Virus record (IMG/VR): IMGVR_UViG_3300023070_000002
Span: 1-64,000 of that record
DNA length: 64,000 nucleotides
Source: a virus
Taxonomy: Duplodnaviria; Caudoviricetes
Strand: one strand, 5' to 3'
The position numbers were made by a program, and so were the translations under genes. Shown here piece after piece: positions 8,715 through 17,113 of the stretch (position 1 is its first letter; each line of letters begins with the position of its first letter). The notes beneath the pieces were generated by a model. That model was not told where the DNA came from. It made no database searches and was given only the letters and a program-made list of their open reading frames with translations.

Positions 8715-9299
8715 GTGGAAAAGAAAATTGAAGTATGGCTGCCAGTTGTAGGATACGAAGGACTGTATGATGTTTCCGACTTAGGAATGATAAGAAGCGT
8801 TAGACGAAACAACAAATTATTGAAACGATATATATGCAAAAGCGGCTATTATGAGGTCGGGCTTACCGTAAATAATAAAGTAAGAACGTTACGGGTTCAT
8901 AGGTTGGTAGCTAAGGCGCATATAGAAAATCCACACAATTTCCAAGTTGTGAACCACAAAGATGGGAATAAATTAAATTCTGCTAAGAGCAATCTTGAGT
9001 GGTGTACCTCTTCATATAACGTAAAACACGCCTACGCCATTGGGCTGTCAAATCCTTTTTGTCCTAAGAGGCTGAAAAGATTGTCAGATGCATCAATCGC
9101 GCTATGTAAACCTGTTTTGGTTACAGATGTAATAAACAACACTATTTTTAATTTCCCTTCTATAAAGAAAGCCGCCGAGTTTATCGGCATTTCCCATTCA
9201 GGCGTATCTCATGGCATAAAGCATGGTCGTAGGCTTATGAATAACTATACAGCCTCATACGCCATCGATAAACCCTCTCTCCCAACCACAGTAAAATAA
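8715..9299 (+). CDS. NUMOD4-HNH homing endonuclease
   Basis: EVWLPVVGYEGLYDVSDLG (NUMOD4); VHRLVA...VNHKDGNKLN...NLEW (HNH); C-terminal SIKKAAEFIG HTH. Confidence 0.9.
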   Translation: MEKKIEVWLPVVGYEGLYDVSDLGMIRSVRRNNKLLKRYICKSGYYEVGLTVNNKVRTLRVHRLVAKAHIENPHNFQVVNHKDGNKLNSAKSNLEWCTSSYNVKHAYAIGLSNPFCPKRLKRLSDASIALCKPVLVTDVINNTIFNFPSIKKAAEFIGISHSGVSHGIKHGRRLMNNYTASYAIDKPSLPTTVK

Positions 9300-9304
9300 A
9301 CGTT

Positions 9305-9781
9305 ATGAAATACTGGAACAAAGTCACTTCATTATTGCCGAAAAGTGCTGGGACTTATGAGACAATTGACCACGTTGGCGCGCAGGCCGATCGTCACTTT
9401 AATGGTTCTTCATTTACAAATCACAATGGTTACCGGGTGGAGTTGTGGCGGGAAAAGTCCGCATCTACCATTCAGGCGGAGGATGTGTTATATAAATTCA
9501 CCCCGATAGAAACATCTAACGGTGGCGACGCATTCCGTTCCGACGATGTTTTAGCCGCCATGCAATCCTACCGCCAGCCATTAGAGCAGGAAGTGGAACA
9601 ATTCAAGGCGTGGAAGGAATCGGCAATGACCGTAATGAACAATATCGATCTCCAGGAGTGCGCTAAGGTTATTGGTTTGCCTTGGGGGGCAGATATTAGC
9701 ACGTCTATTTTACCGGCGTTGAAATCGATGAAAGCCGAAGTAGAGAGATTGAAGCAACAGGCGGAAGGTCTAAAATATTAA
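9305..9781 (+). CDS. hypothetical protein
   Basis: 158-aa ORF. Confidence 0.6.
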   Translation: MKYWNKVTSLLPKSAGTYETIDHVGAQADRHFNGSSFTNHNGYRVELWREKSASTIQAEDVLYKFTPIETSNGGDAFRSDDVLAAMQSYRQPLEQEVEQFKAWKESAMTVMNNIDLQECAKVIGLPWGADISTSILPALKSMKAEVERLKQQAEGLKY

Positions 9782-9835
9782 CCAGATAAACCTATAAGCA
9801 ATGAAGATTTACGCAAATTTTAAAAGTCATACATC

Positions 9836-10213
9836 ATGAATTACAAAATTAAAACCATAAACCTAAAGAAGGAGAACGAATGGTTAGATAACGCGCTCGT
9901 AGGCAATAAACACCGACCCCTGAAATGGCTGTCTTCGTTTATTTATCTAAATCTTTTTAGATGCGAGAAAGAAGGTGTTGAATACACATATAAAAACTGG
10001 GAGCATGTGTGTAAGGTAAACGCGGGTATTCAGCATAAAAAGATAATGAGAGAAATAAAGGAAGAATTTGAGGAATTGAATAAAGGTGCAAAATTCTATA
10101 TTATGAACAGAATTATTAAAGACCACTTTGAGAAAGAGAGATTAATGTCAACAGTGGCCGATAGAACTTGCGAGATAAACAGATACTTAAAACTATTATA
10201 TTCTAACCCATGA
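9836..10213 (+). CDS. hypothetical protein
   Basis: 125-aa ORF. Confidence 0.6.
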   Translation: MNYKIKTINLKKENEWLDNALVGNKHRPLKWLSSFIYLNLFRCEKEGVEYTYKNWEHVCKVNAGIQHKKIMREIKEEFEELNKGAKFYIMNRIIKDHFEKERLMSTVADRTCEINRYLKLLYSNP

Positions 10214-10446
10214 AGCAAGAAGTATATATCAAAGTGCCGGTAAGTGGGTACGATGCTGGCGACAACGAAGTATTACTAATGGACGAAAAAGATCTGTTTG
10301 TATTCGTTGATACTGAAGAAGTGTTTTCCCTCAAGCCAGCAACGATGCATTGTTTTACCGACGAAGAGCTAGCAGAAAGGGACAGAAGGATTGAAAGGAA
10401 AGGGTTTATCTCGGGCTACGATCAGGCTAGAATACGATTTAGATAG
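10210..10446 (+). CDS. hypothetical protein
   Basis: 78-aa ORF. Confidence 0.55.
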   Translation: MKQEVYIKVPVSGYDAGDNEVLLMDEKDLFVFVDTEEVFSLKPATMHCFTDEELAERDRRIERKGFISGYDQARIRFR

Positions 10447-10493
10447 TTCTAAACCAAAATAAAACCGACTACATCAACTCAATAAAGTAAAAC

Positions 10494-10712
10494 ATGAAGG
10501 ATCAATTAAAAAAAGGCGACAGGGTTCGCGTAATGGATAAGGGATTGTTGATGATGCAACAATTCGCTCCAAAAGGTGCTAAACCAAATAACGAAGGGAC
10601 TGTGTTTGATATCTGGGAAGATGGAACTATCGAGGTTGAGTTTCCGCTCGAAGGAGAAAATCATAGTCAGGTTGCCCCATATTCACCTGATATTGTTTAT
10701 AAAATTAATTAA
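10494..10712 (+). CDS. hypothetical protein, KOW/SH3-like
   Basis: LKKGDRVRV...GTV..I..DGTIEVEF. Confidence 0.6.
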   Translation: MKDQLKKGDRVRVMDKGLLMMQQFAPKGAKPNNEGTVFDIWEDGTIEVEFPLEGENHSQVAPYSPDIVYKIN

Positions 10713-10718
10713 TCAACC

Positions 10719-11120
10719 ATGACACTACCACTACAAGTACAGGCGAAGATTGACGAACAATTAAATGAAAAGTTTAAAGTCGCAGAGAGTGTTGGATATG
10801 GCTTCATCCAAAGTAATCATAAAGCTATTGCTAAAAGAAGGCGCGACTACAAAGAAGGTGCTCAATTCGGCTACGCACTAGCGAATGAATGGGTGAGTGT
10901 GAAGGAACGGTTGCCTGGCGAACTAGAAACGGTTTGGCTACTAAATATAAAAACCGGCTGGTTATGTTTGGGTTGCCGAGTTTATTTCGAGGATAGTTGG
11001 CATTGGGCTGAAAGCAATGGAATAATATATTCAGAAAACGGTAAGATCGTGGCGGAGTGTGAAAGTGAAGACTTAGATGTAACCCATTGGTGTAAACTGC
11101 CAACACTCCCCATCTATTGA
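10719..11120 (+). CDS. DUF551-like phage protein
   Basis: WVSVKERLP ... VTHWCKLPTLP. Confidence 0.75.
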   Translation: MTLPLQVQAKIDEQLNEKFKVAESVGYGFIQSNHKAIAKRRRDYKEGAQFGYALANEWVSVKERLPGELETVWLLNIKTGWLCLGCRVYFEDSWHWAESNGIIYSENGKIVAECESEDLDVTHWCKLPTLPIY

Positions 11121-11156
11121 TGGTTACATACCATAAAACTGTAAAACCCCTCAACC

Positions 11157-11522
11157 ATGATACCAATAAACTTACCTAGCGGGAATTACCTGATTGTTCC
11201 GGTACTCGATCCTTGTACAGACATTGAGTTGACCCAAATGAAACATGGGTCATTTATAAATTATTGTGGCCCCATGACAGAGGGTTATAGCATCGCCCTT
11301 CCACCCGGCACCTACGAAATAGTAGGCAAAGGGCTATGCAGTGAGATAACAGATGAGGAGGCGGTAAAAGTGGTGGAAAGTTATAGCGATCAGGGTTTGT
11401 TCTGCCGCGACTACTCTTTAGGTTCTCCTGTCTACGGCCTTTTCGCCATCGAATCTCTCAACAGTTTAATTCAATCACACAACCAGCAGCCAGACAGGTG
11501 CGTGCTGGTAAAACAATTATAA
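11157..11522 (+). CDS. hypothetical protein
   Basis: 121-aa ORF. Confidence 0.6.
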   Translation: MIPINLPSGNYLIVPVLDPCTDIELTQMKHGSFINYCGPMTEGYSIALPPGTYEIVGKGLCSEITDEEAVKVVESYSDQGLFCRDYSLGSPVYGLFAIESLNSLIQSHNQQPDRCVLVKQL

Positions 11523-11525
11523 GTT

Positions 11526-11960
11526 ATGGAACTTAAAAACCAAGTATGTACGCTTGAACAAGGAAAACGATTGTACGAATTAATTGAGAAGGATACTGAA
11601 AGCCTTTTTGTTCATTGGTTGACAATCGAAAATGAGGATTACGTTTGGAAGATCGGGACTCTTAATGAAGCGGGAAATGCCACCGAAAGTTATCCCGCTT
11701 ATACCGTAGCAGAATTAGGCGAAATGCTGCCGGAGTTCTGCCCCTCTTACAAAGGAAGAAATGACGAGTATGCGTGCGTTATAATACCGTGGGAAGTTGA
11801 ATCCGGTGTAATATCTTCTGAAGATTTGGCTAGCGCTGTTGACGCTGGAATGACTCAAATAGGTCACTATGAAATTGCTCCAACCGAAGCACAAGCCCGC
11901 GCCGCGATGCTTATCTATTTGCTTGAACAAAAATTAATCACCCCTAACCAACAAAAGTAA
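11526..11960 (+). CDS. hypothetical protein
   Basis: PAYTVAELGEMLP and TEAQARAAMLIYLLE motifs recur in Bacteroidota phage proteins. Confidence 0.65.
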   Translation: MELKNQVCTLEQGKRLYELIEKDTESLFVHWLTIENEDYVWKIGTLNEAGNATESYPAYTVAELGEMLPEFCPSYKGRNDEYACVIIPWEVESGVISSEDLASAVDAGMTQIGHYEIAPTEAQARAAMLIYLLEQKLITPNQQK

Positions 11961-11971
11961 AATCAAACACA

Positions 11972-12442
11972 ATGAGAGAGCTAAGATTTAGGTGCTTTGA
12001 CACCCTTTCGCCAAAAATGTACACGGGTCATTCGTTGAGTATTGGGTCTAACGGATCCTTCGCGTATCTCGAAGATGATGGTAACTGGAAAGAGTACCAC
12101 GATGACAATATAATTAAAGTAATGCAATTCACCGGCCTGAAGGATAAGAATGGCACGGGAATTTACGAAAGCGACATTCTTAAAGGGTTTCGTAAGGAAC
12201 AAAAAGATAAAGATGGTACAAGTGGTTATTGGATTCAGGATAGTGTTATTTGGAGAAACGGAGGCTTCAAATTATTTGGACGAAACCTAACTGACTGTTA
12301 TACTAAAGATAATAATCACATTTGGCAGTTTATGTGGCATGAACAAGGTGGGCTTATTAACAAAACTGGTTGGTATTACCAAATTGATGAAATAGAAGTC
12401 ATTGGCAACATCTACGAAAACCCGGAATTGCTGACTAAATAA
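11972..12442 (+). CDS. YopX family protein
   Basis: MRELRFR...MQFTGLKDKNGTGIYESDIL...EVIGNIYENPELL. Confidence 0.9.
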   Translation: MRELRFRCFDTLSPKMYTGHSLSIGSNGSFAYLEDDGNWKEYHDDNIIKVMQFTGLKDKNGTGIYESDILKGFRKEQKDKDGTSGYWIQDSVIWRNGGFKLFGRNLTDCYTKDNNHIWQFMWHEQGGLINKTGWYYQIDEIEVIGNIYENPELLTK

Positions 12443-12454
12443 ACTACAAACACA

Positions 12455-12673
12455 ATGAATAAAATTACAGGTAATGAACCAGCGATGCCTATAACGGCTG
12501 AACCTATTGCAAACGACGGTTACGGCCTTTCTATCCGGGAAGAGTTTGCATCCAGAGCTATGCAGGGACTATGCGCTAACTCTAATCCGGGCGTACACCA
12601 CATGCCTGCGAACCTCGCAAAGGAAGCAGTTGAATACGCTGACGCCCTTATAAAAGCCCTTAACGGGGAGTAA
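12455..12673 (+). CDS. conserved phage protein
   Basis: GLSIREEFASRAMQGL...AVEYADALIKAL. Confidence 0.75.
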   Translation: MNKITGNEPAMPITAEPIANDGYGLSIREEFASRAMQGLCANSNPGVHHMPANLAKEAVEYADALIKALNGE

Positions 12674-12684
12674 AAGATATATAT

Positions 12685-13035
12685 ATGATAGTAAGTAATG
12701 AACTACGGATAGGGAATTGGGTTTCGTTCAAAGGGCTTTGGAGTGGCCAAATAGCCTCTGTTAGCAAGTCTGGGCTAATAACCATTATAGGAAACGATGG
12801 TTGTTTTGATGAGGAAGAACTTCAGCCAATAGAAATAACCGAACATTTGTTAAGGCATATTGGCGCGACTGACTTTGTTGACAGCGATTTGCTTTTAGAT
12901 CATAGAGTACTTTGCTTCGCGGAATGTAGGGGTGTTTTTTATGACAAAACAACGCTGGTAGACATCCCATCCCTGCACCAGCTCCAAAACCTATACTTCG
13001 CCCTTACTGGTAAAGAACTAGAGGTGAAGTTGTAG
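12685..13035 (+). CDS. conserved Bacteroidota phage protein
   Basis: NELRIGNWV...LHQLQNLYFALTGKEL. Confidence 0.75.
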   Translation: MIVSNELRIGNWVSFKGLWSGQIASVSKSGLITIIGNDGCFDEEELQPIEITEHLLRHIGATDFVDSDLLLDHRVLCFAECRGVFYDKTTLVDIPSLHQLQNLYFALTGKELEVKL

Positions 13036-13105
13036 CAACTACGGTTACCCGTAAAATAAAAACCAGTGATAGTTTATACATTACAGTCCTAAAACATTTT
13101 AAACT

Positions 13106-13381
13106 ATGGTATTAAAAACAACCTTCCCGAACGGGAAGCACGTAACTGAAGGTTACACTGAATTAGGCGCTGACTTTTCAATAATAACTAAAGAAACCGC
13201 CGAGCCTTCAGAATGGGAAAGGGCGGTATTCGTAGAGTTTGGGGACAGCCCTTTATCAGCGGATTGCTATGCTATTATCTTTTATAAAAACGGTAAATAT
13301 AGTACCCCGCTATACAAAGGACAAAGAAATGAACTTATAAGCGACACTGGATTTTTGTTTAAAGATCTTACGGATCGTTAA
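13106..13381 (+). CDS. hypothetical protein
   Basis: 91-aa ORF. Confidence 0.6.
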   Translation: MVLKTTFPNGKHVTEGYTELGADFSIITKETAEPSEWERAVFVEFGDSPLSADCYAIIFYKNGKYSTPLYKGQRNELISDTGFLFKDLTDR

Positions 13382-13422
13382 CTATTTAAAACCGGGGACG
13401 GGGTTACCGAACACCAAAAACA

Positions 13423-13914
13423 ATGAGAAAGTTCACACTAATTGCAGTGCTCTTTTGTGCAGCACTCACAACAACCAACGCGCAGTCCATTTCCTACATT
13501 TCTAAAATGAACAACTACGTCAATCAGGCGCAAACGTTCACCCAATGGTATGCAACGCATGACGCAACTCCAAGTCAGGCTATGGCTTCTACAGAATTTA
13601 ACGATATGCTGAATGCAGCAAAGGCGTTTACACAAGCGGAGCACGATGCGAATTTTCAGATTCTCATGGGCAATATTACTGAACTGGAAAAAATGGGTCA
13701 TCCCGGGAACCCCGTGCAAGTAGCCCAATGTTTAATGACCGGCGTTGCAACGTTTGTGCAATGCAACCAACAGGCATTGAATTATCCAAATCCTCATGGC
13801 GCACTTTGGTTATGTGGGCGTGATTTAGCGAGCTGGAACCTGGCCTGTACCGGTCAGGGATCTTTCCCGCCGCCTACTGGTGACGAAACAAGCAATTTTC
13901 CTCCCGGGCGTTAA
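13423..13914 (+). CDS. secreted protein with a four-cysteine C-terminal domain
   Basis: Signal peptide MRKFTLIAVLFCAALTTTNA then Gln; four Cys in the C-terminal third. Confidence 0.7.
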   Translation: MRKFTLIAVLFCAALTTTNAQSISYISKMNNYVNQAQTFTQWYATHDATPSQAMASTEFNDMLNAAKAFTQAEHDANFQILMGNITELEKMGHPGNPVQVAQCLMTGVATFVQCNQQALNYPNPHGALWLCGRDLASWNLACTGQGSFPPPTGDETSNFPPGR

Positions 13915-13934
13915 CGAATCAAAAATAATCCACA

Positions 13935-13964
13935 CCCCGCTTGCAGGAATGTAGGCGGGGATTT
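13935..13964 (+). terminator. terminator-like hairpin
   Basis: CCCCGCTTGCA-GGAA-TGTAGGCGGGG followed by ATTT. Confidence 0.55.
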
Positions 13965-13971
13965 AAAACAC

Positions 13972-14190
13972 TTGAAAGTGATTAATAAGATTTTAAATTA
14001 TTGCGCCCTTGTTTTGTTTTTAACAAATTGCAATCATTCGCCAAAGAATAAAATGTATAGCCAAGAATACGTTGATTCGGTTTCCAATACTTGCGCAGTA
14101 AGGTATTATAAGCAGGGTTTTTTAGAAGCGTGGAATATATGTCGCCCACTTATTGATAGTATTCAAAAAATGTCTGCTAAATATAAATAA
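13972..14190 (+). CDS. putative lipoprotein
   Basis: ALVLFLTN-C lipobox-like; DSV and DSI sequons. Confidence 0.55.
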   Translation: MKVINKILNYCALVLFLTNCNHSPKNKMYSQEYVDSVSNTCAVRYYKQGFLEAWNICRPLIDSIQKMSAKYK

Positions 14191-14200
14191 AGTTGATTTG

Positions 14201-14926
14201 CTACCCCAATACTTGATTGATCTTATTGTAGTATTTCAGGCGTACGTCGTAGCCGATAGCTGTACGCTCTTTACTGCCTGTATTGATGACAGAGCACACC
14301 TGTTTAAAGGTGCCTGTTTTGGACAGTGAGATTAGGTTTCGGTATACGGCAAAGAACCAGCAAGCAGAATCGAGCGCGCCTGTATCGGTATCTTGCGCAA
14401 ACTCTGCCGCCTCTTCCGGTGTCATACCTTTATATTTTCCATAGTCGGCATAAGTAGCACGTCCTGTTAGTCCTATGAACCCACCGCCTTTAAACGTCCA
14501 CCCATCCCTTGTACCGGGAATATTTCCCATTCTTGACCCGTAGCAATCTATGGCAATCTCAACGGGCTTTCGGTGGAAGTACTTCGCCCGGTCGTTGGGG
14601 ATATAAGGCGGCTTCGAAGTGGATGAATAACGGCCGGGGAAAGTATTCGCGAGCCCCTGCGCGCTGTAATTCATATTTTCTTCTTTGTGCGCAAATTCTC
14701 CACTCTCCTGAAGCAGGTTCGCCAAGAACATTCGAAAAGGCAATTTCTCTGTTATCCCATAGTGGGTACATAGTTCGTTGATTAAATCCGCTAGTTCCTT
14801 GCAACGTTCTTTACTTAACGTTGAGGTCACTGCGTCCAATTGTTCCCGGGTAATGAACATAGTCTTAGGCATTTTATCTATAGCAAAGGATGATATTAGG
14901 CGGGCGAACCAGCCGGGCATCTGCAT
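14201..14926 (-). CDS. endolysin, glycoside hydrolase family 19
   Basis: FLANLLQESGEF..KEENMNYS, and GWTFKGGGFIGLTGRATY. Confidence 0.9.
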   Translation of the reverse strand: MQMPGWFARLISSFAIDKMPKTMFITREQLDAVTSTLSKERCKELADLINELCTHYGITEKLPFRMFLANLLQESGEFAHKEENMNYSAQGLANTFPGRYSSTSKPPYIPNDRAKYFHRKPVEIAIDCYGSRMGNIPGTRDGWTFKGGGFIGLTGRATYADYGKYKGMTPEEAAEFAQDTDTGALDSACWFFAVYRNLISLSKTGTFKQVCSVINTGSKERTAIGYDVRLKYYNKINQVLG

Positions 14927-15429
14927 TACACTGTCCTCCTTTTAACCGTCCACACAACCCCGCCGCCAAGTACAGCGGCCAGCCCGATGATGATCCAGAA
15001 GCGTATAATGGCTATCCTTCGCCATTTATCGTACTCCTTGGTCTTGGCTTCAAGTAAGGTGATTGCGCGCCGGGAATCGCCGCGGGCTAGCTCCAGGGCG
15101 GCTGTATTTTCAATCTCGATAGTATCGTGGATGGTAATACGCTCCACGGTTCGGATGCCTGGAAGTTGCACGGTCTTGTATATGCGTACCGTATCGTGGC
15201 TGTAAAGGGTATCGTAGAAGGTTGTCCCCTCTGTGTAAAAAGTATCGCGCCTGGTAATAGTATCGCGCCGGACCGTCCCAACCTTCGGAGGGTAAGTAAT
15301 AGCGCAATACTCCTGCCCTACCTGCGGGAAGGTCGTAACGGCTTTCCCCAGTGCTATCTTAGCCTTTCGTTCAGAGTAGCAGGAGACGAAAAGAATGCAC
15401 AGTATAGTGGCGGCAAGGGTCGTCCTCAT
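14926..15429 (-). CDS. unimolecular spanin candidate
   Basis: N-terminal lipobox LFVS-C, C-terminal TM helix (FWIIIGLAAVLGGGVVW), next to the endolysin. Confidence 0.7.
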   Translation of the reverse strand: MRTTLAATILCILFVSCYSERKAKIALGKAVTTFPQVGQEYCAITYPPKVGTVRRDTITRRDTFYTEGTTFYDTLYSHDTVRIYKTVQLPGIRTVERITIHDTIEIENTAALELARGDSRRAITLLEAKTKEYDKWRRIAIIRFWIIIGLAAVLGGGVVWTVKRRTV

Positions 15430-15722
15430 TTCTCCACTACTTTAACCGTTGAATCGCCGTCTTTCACCGCTTCTACCGTAGCCTCCGGTGCATTCTTGAT
15501 CGTTATCTCTGCAGGAGTACCAAAGTTCTTTATAAGATAAGCAATACCACCGGCGAGGGCGGATATGACAATCAGTTTAACGTTGAATGTCAGCGAGCCC
15601 TGGTTAAGCGAGTCCATTACTATTGCAAGCACCGGCGTAATGACGGCCATCAGCAACCCGCGCGTGAAGTCGTTAAGGTTCAGGGAAAATTTTTTCGAGG
15701 TCGTAACCGTTTGTTGTGGCAT
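15426..15722 (-). CDS. holin
   Basis: Two TM helices with a charged C-terminus, upstream of the spanin and endolysin. Confidence 0.7.
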   Translation of the reverse strand: MPQQTVTTSKKFSLNLNDFTRGLLMAVITPVLAIVMDSLNQGSLTFNVKLIVISALAGGIAYLIKNFGTPAEITIKNAPEATVEAVKDGDSTVKVVEK

Positions 15723-15797
15723 ATAGATTATATTAGTTGAGACAATAGTATCAAGATAGCCATAATTACCAGCATGGCAAAAAAGGCTTTAACGCCT

Positions 15798-16121
15798 TCA
15801 TTTAATTTTTGCCAGTCGTTCCTTATATTCAAGTTCTTTCATTTTAATATCAATCTCTTCCTGGCGCTCTATTCGGAACTGCTTTTTGAAGTAGAAATAA
15901 ACCCTTCCCGCTCCATAAACGGTACCCATTATAAAAGCGATCGCTATTTTAACATCGTTAATATCACTCACAATTCCCGCCAGTATGCCGGTTATGCCAA
16001 GCAGATCAGCAACACCAATAATAAATTTTATATGCAACATTCTGACAGTCTTTAATAATGCGATCGAAGGCAACACATACATAGCAATATGTTTTAGGGT
16101 ATATGTTTTTCTATTTTCCAT
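15798..16121 (-). CDS. membrane protein (lysis region)
   Basis: Two or three hydrophobic segments and a charged C-terminal tail; start uncertain. Confidence 0.55.
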   Translation of the reverse strand: MENRKTYTLKHIAMYVLPSIALLKTVRMLHIKFIIGVADLLGITGILAGIVSDINDVKIAIAFIMGTVYGAGRVYFYFKKQFRIERQEEIDIKMKELEYKERLAKIK

Positions 16122-16450
16122 AGCGCATAGAATGATATAGTTCCTACTGACGCTGTAAGCAATAGAAATGCCACCATTACAGGTAATTCATCATTTATTG
16201 CAAACCCTGTATAGTGGTAAACTACCTCCCATATTGCCATCGCTATGGAGTAATAAAGAACTGGCTCAACAATTTTCCGACGTTCTTTATCGAGCATTGA
16301 GTAAAGAGATGCCCACGCAAACACCCCACCGTGAGCAATTACCTGCCACAAATAGTAGGCATTACACCAATAAGACGTATTAAAATCCGCAAAGCAATGA
16401 AAGCAACCGTTGCCGATCAGGTAAAATAGTATAAAGGCTATTATAATCAT
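16094..16450 (-). CDS. four-TM membrane protein
   Basis: Four hydrophobic segments in 118 aa. Confidence 0.6.
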   Translation of the reverse strand: MIIIAFILFYLIGNGCFHCFADFNTSYWCNAYYLWQVIAHGGVFAWASLYSMLDKERRKIVEPVLYYSIAMAIWEVVYHYTGFAINDELPVMVAFLLLTASVGTISFYALWKIEKHIP

Positions 16451-16626
16451 GACCCGCTTGGTCTTGTTGGGTGAATCCCACCGCGCATAGCTTCATCTTC
16501 ATCGGTATCGGAAACTACCCTTTCTTTTAGTTCATTAACAATTTCTTCAGCCGTAAACGGGTTTGCATAGTTTCCGTATTGTTCAATTAAGAACTTTGTG
16601 TCGTAAGTGTCAATAGTCTCTGGCAT
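16447..16626 (-). CDS. 59-aa acidic protein (absent from the ORF track)
   Basis: MPETIDTYDTKFLIEQYG...DEDEAMRGGIHPTRPSGS; ATGA overlap with the next gene. Confidence 0.6.
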   Translation of the reverse strand: MPETIDTYDTKFLIEQYGNYANPFTAEEIVNELKERVVSDTDEDEAMRGGIHPTRPSGS

Positions 16627-16646
16627 GGTATTTTGTTTTTAATAAT

Positions 16647-16982
16647 TTATTTTATAGTTTGAATATACGATATAATATCTTTTAATATCAGCAATATAAC
16701 CGCTGCCGCAATTCCTGCTATCCACTTACGGTCTGCATCCCTTCTTAATTCTTTTTGCTTCAGCCTGTCCAACTGGAACATTACGCCGGTGTCCTGATTA
16801 TAAAGCAAGTCATGCAGTTTGTCATATTCTGTATGAAGCCTTGCGTTTGCCCTTGATACTGTTCCTTTTTCGCTCTCCTGATCGGCCGCTATACGAAGCA
16901 TTTGCAACCTGATATTTTCCAATTGCCCCGACATTTCAGTTTGCTTTATCGACAGTTCCTGTATCTTATCGGCATCATTCAC
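16647..16982 (-). CDS. coiled-coil protein with a C-terminal TM helix (XhlA-like/holin-associated)
   Basis: Long helical N-terminus, then WIAGIAAAVILLIL. Confidence 0.6.
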   Translation of the reverse strand: MNDADKIQELSIKQTEMSGQLENIRLQMLRIAADQESEKGTVSRANARLHTEYDKLHDLLYNQDTGVMFQLDRLKQKELRRDADRKWIAGIAAAVILLILKDIISYIQTIK

Positions 16983-17019
16983 TTCACATTTTTAGTCGTA
17001 TCAATATATTTTAAAACTG

Positions 17020-17109
17020 TTACAAAGGGACAAGTGCTGCAAACACGTCGTGCGTATGCTGGCAAAATGCGCTGATCGGAAATAACAATAAAACGGTTAT
17101 GTTTCTCAT
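17020..17109 (-). CDS. 29-aa micro-ORF: signal peptide plus a 13-aa peptide
   Basis: MRNITVLLLFPISAFC-QHTHDVFAALVPL; starts 4 nt after the SGNH stop. Confidence 0.45.
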   Translation of the reverse strand: MRNITVLLLFPISAFCQHTHDVFAALVPL

Positions 17110-17113
17110 ATTT

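Noticed and set aside
15110-15307. Embedded ORF as an o-spanin
   Set aside because: No signal peptide or lipobox Cys, and the host gene already has u-spanin topology
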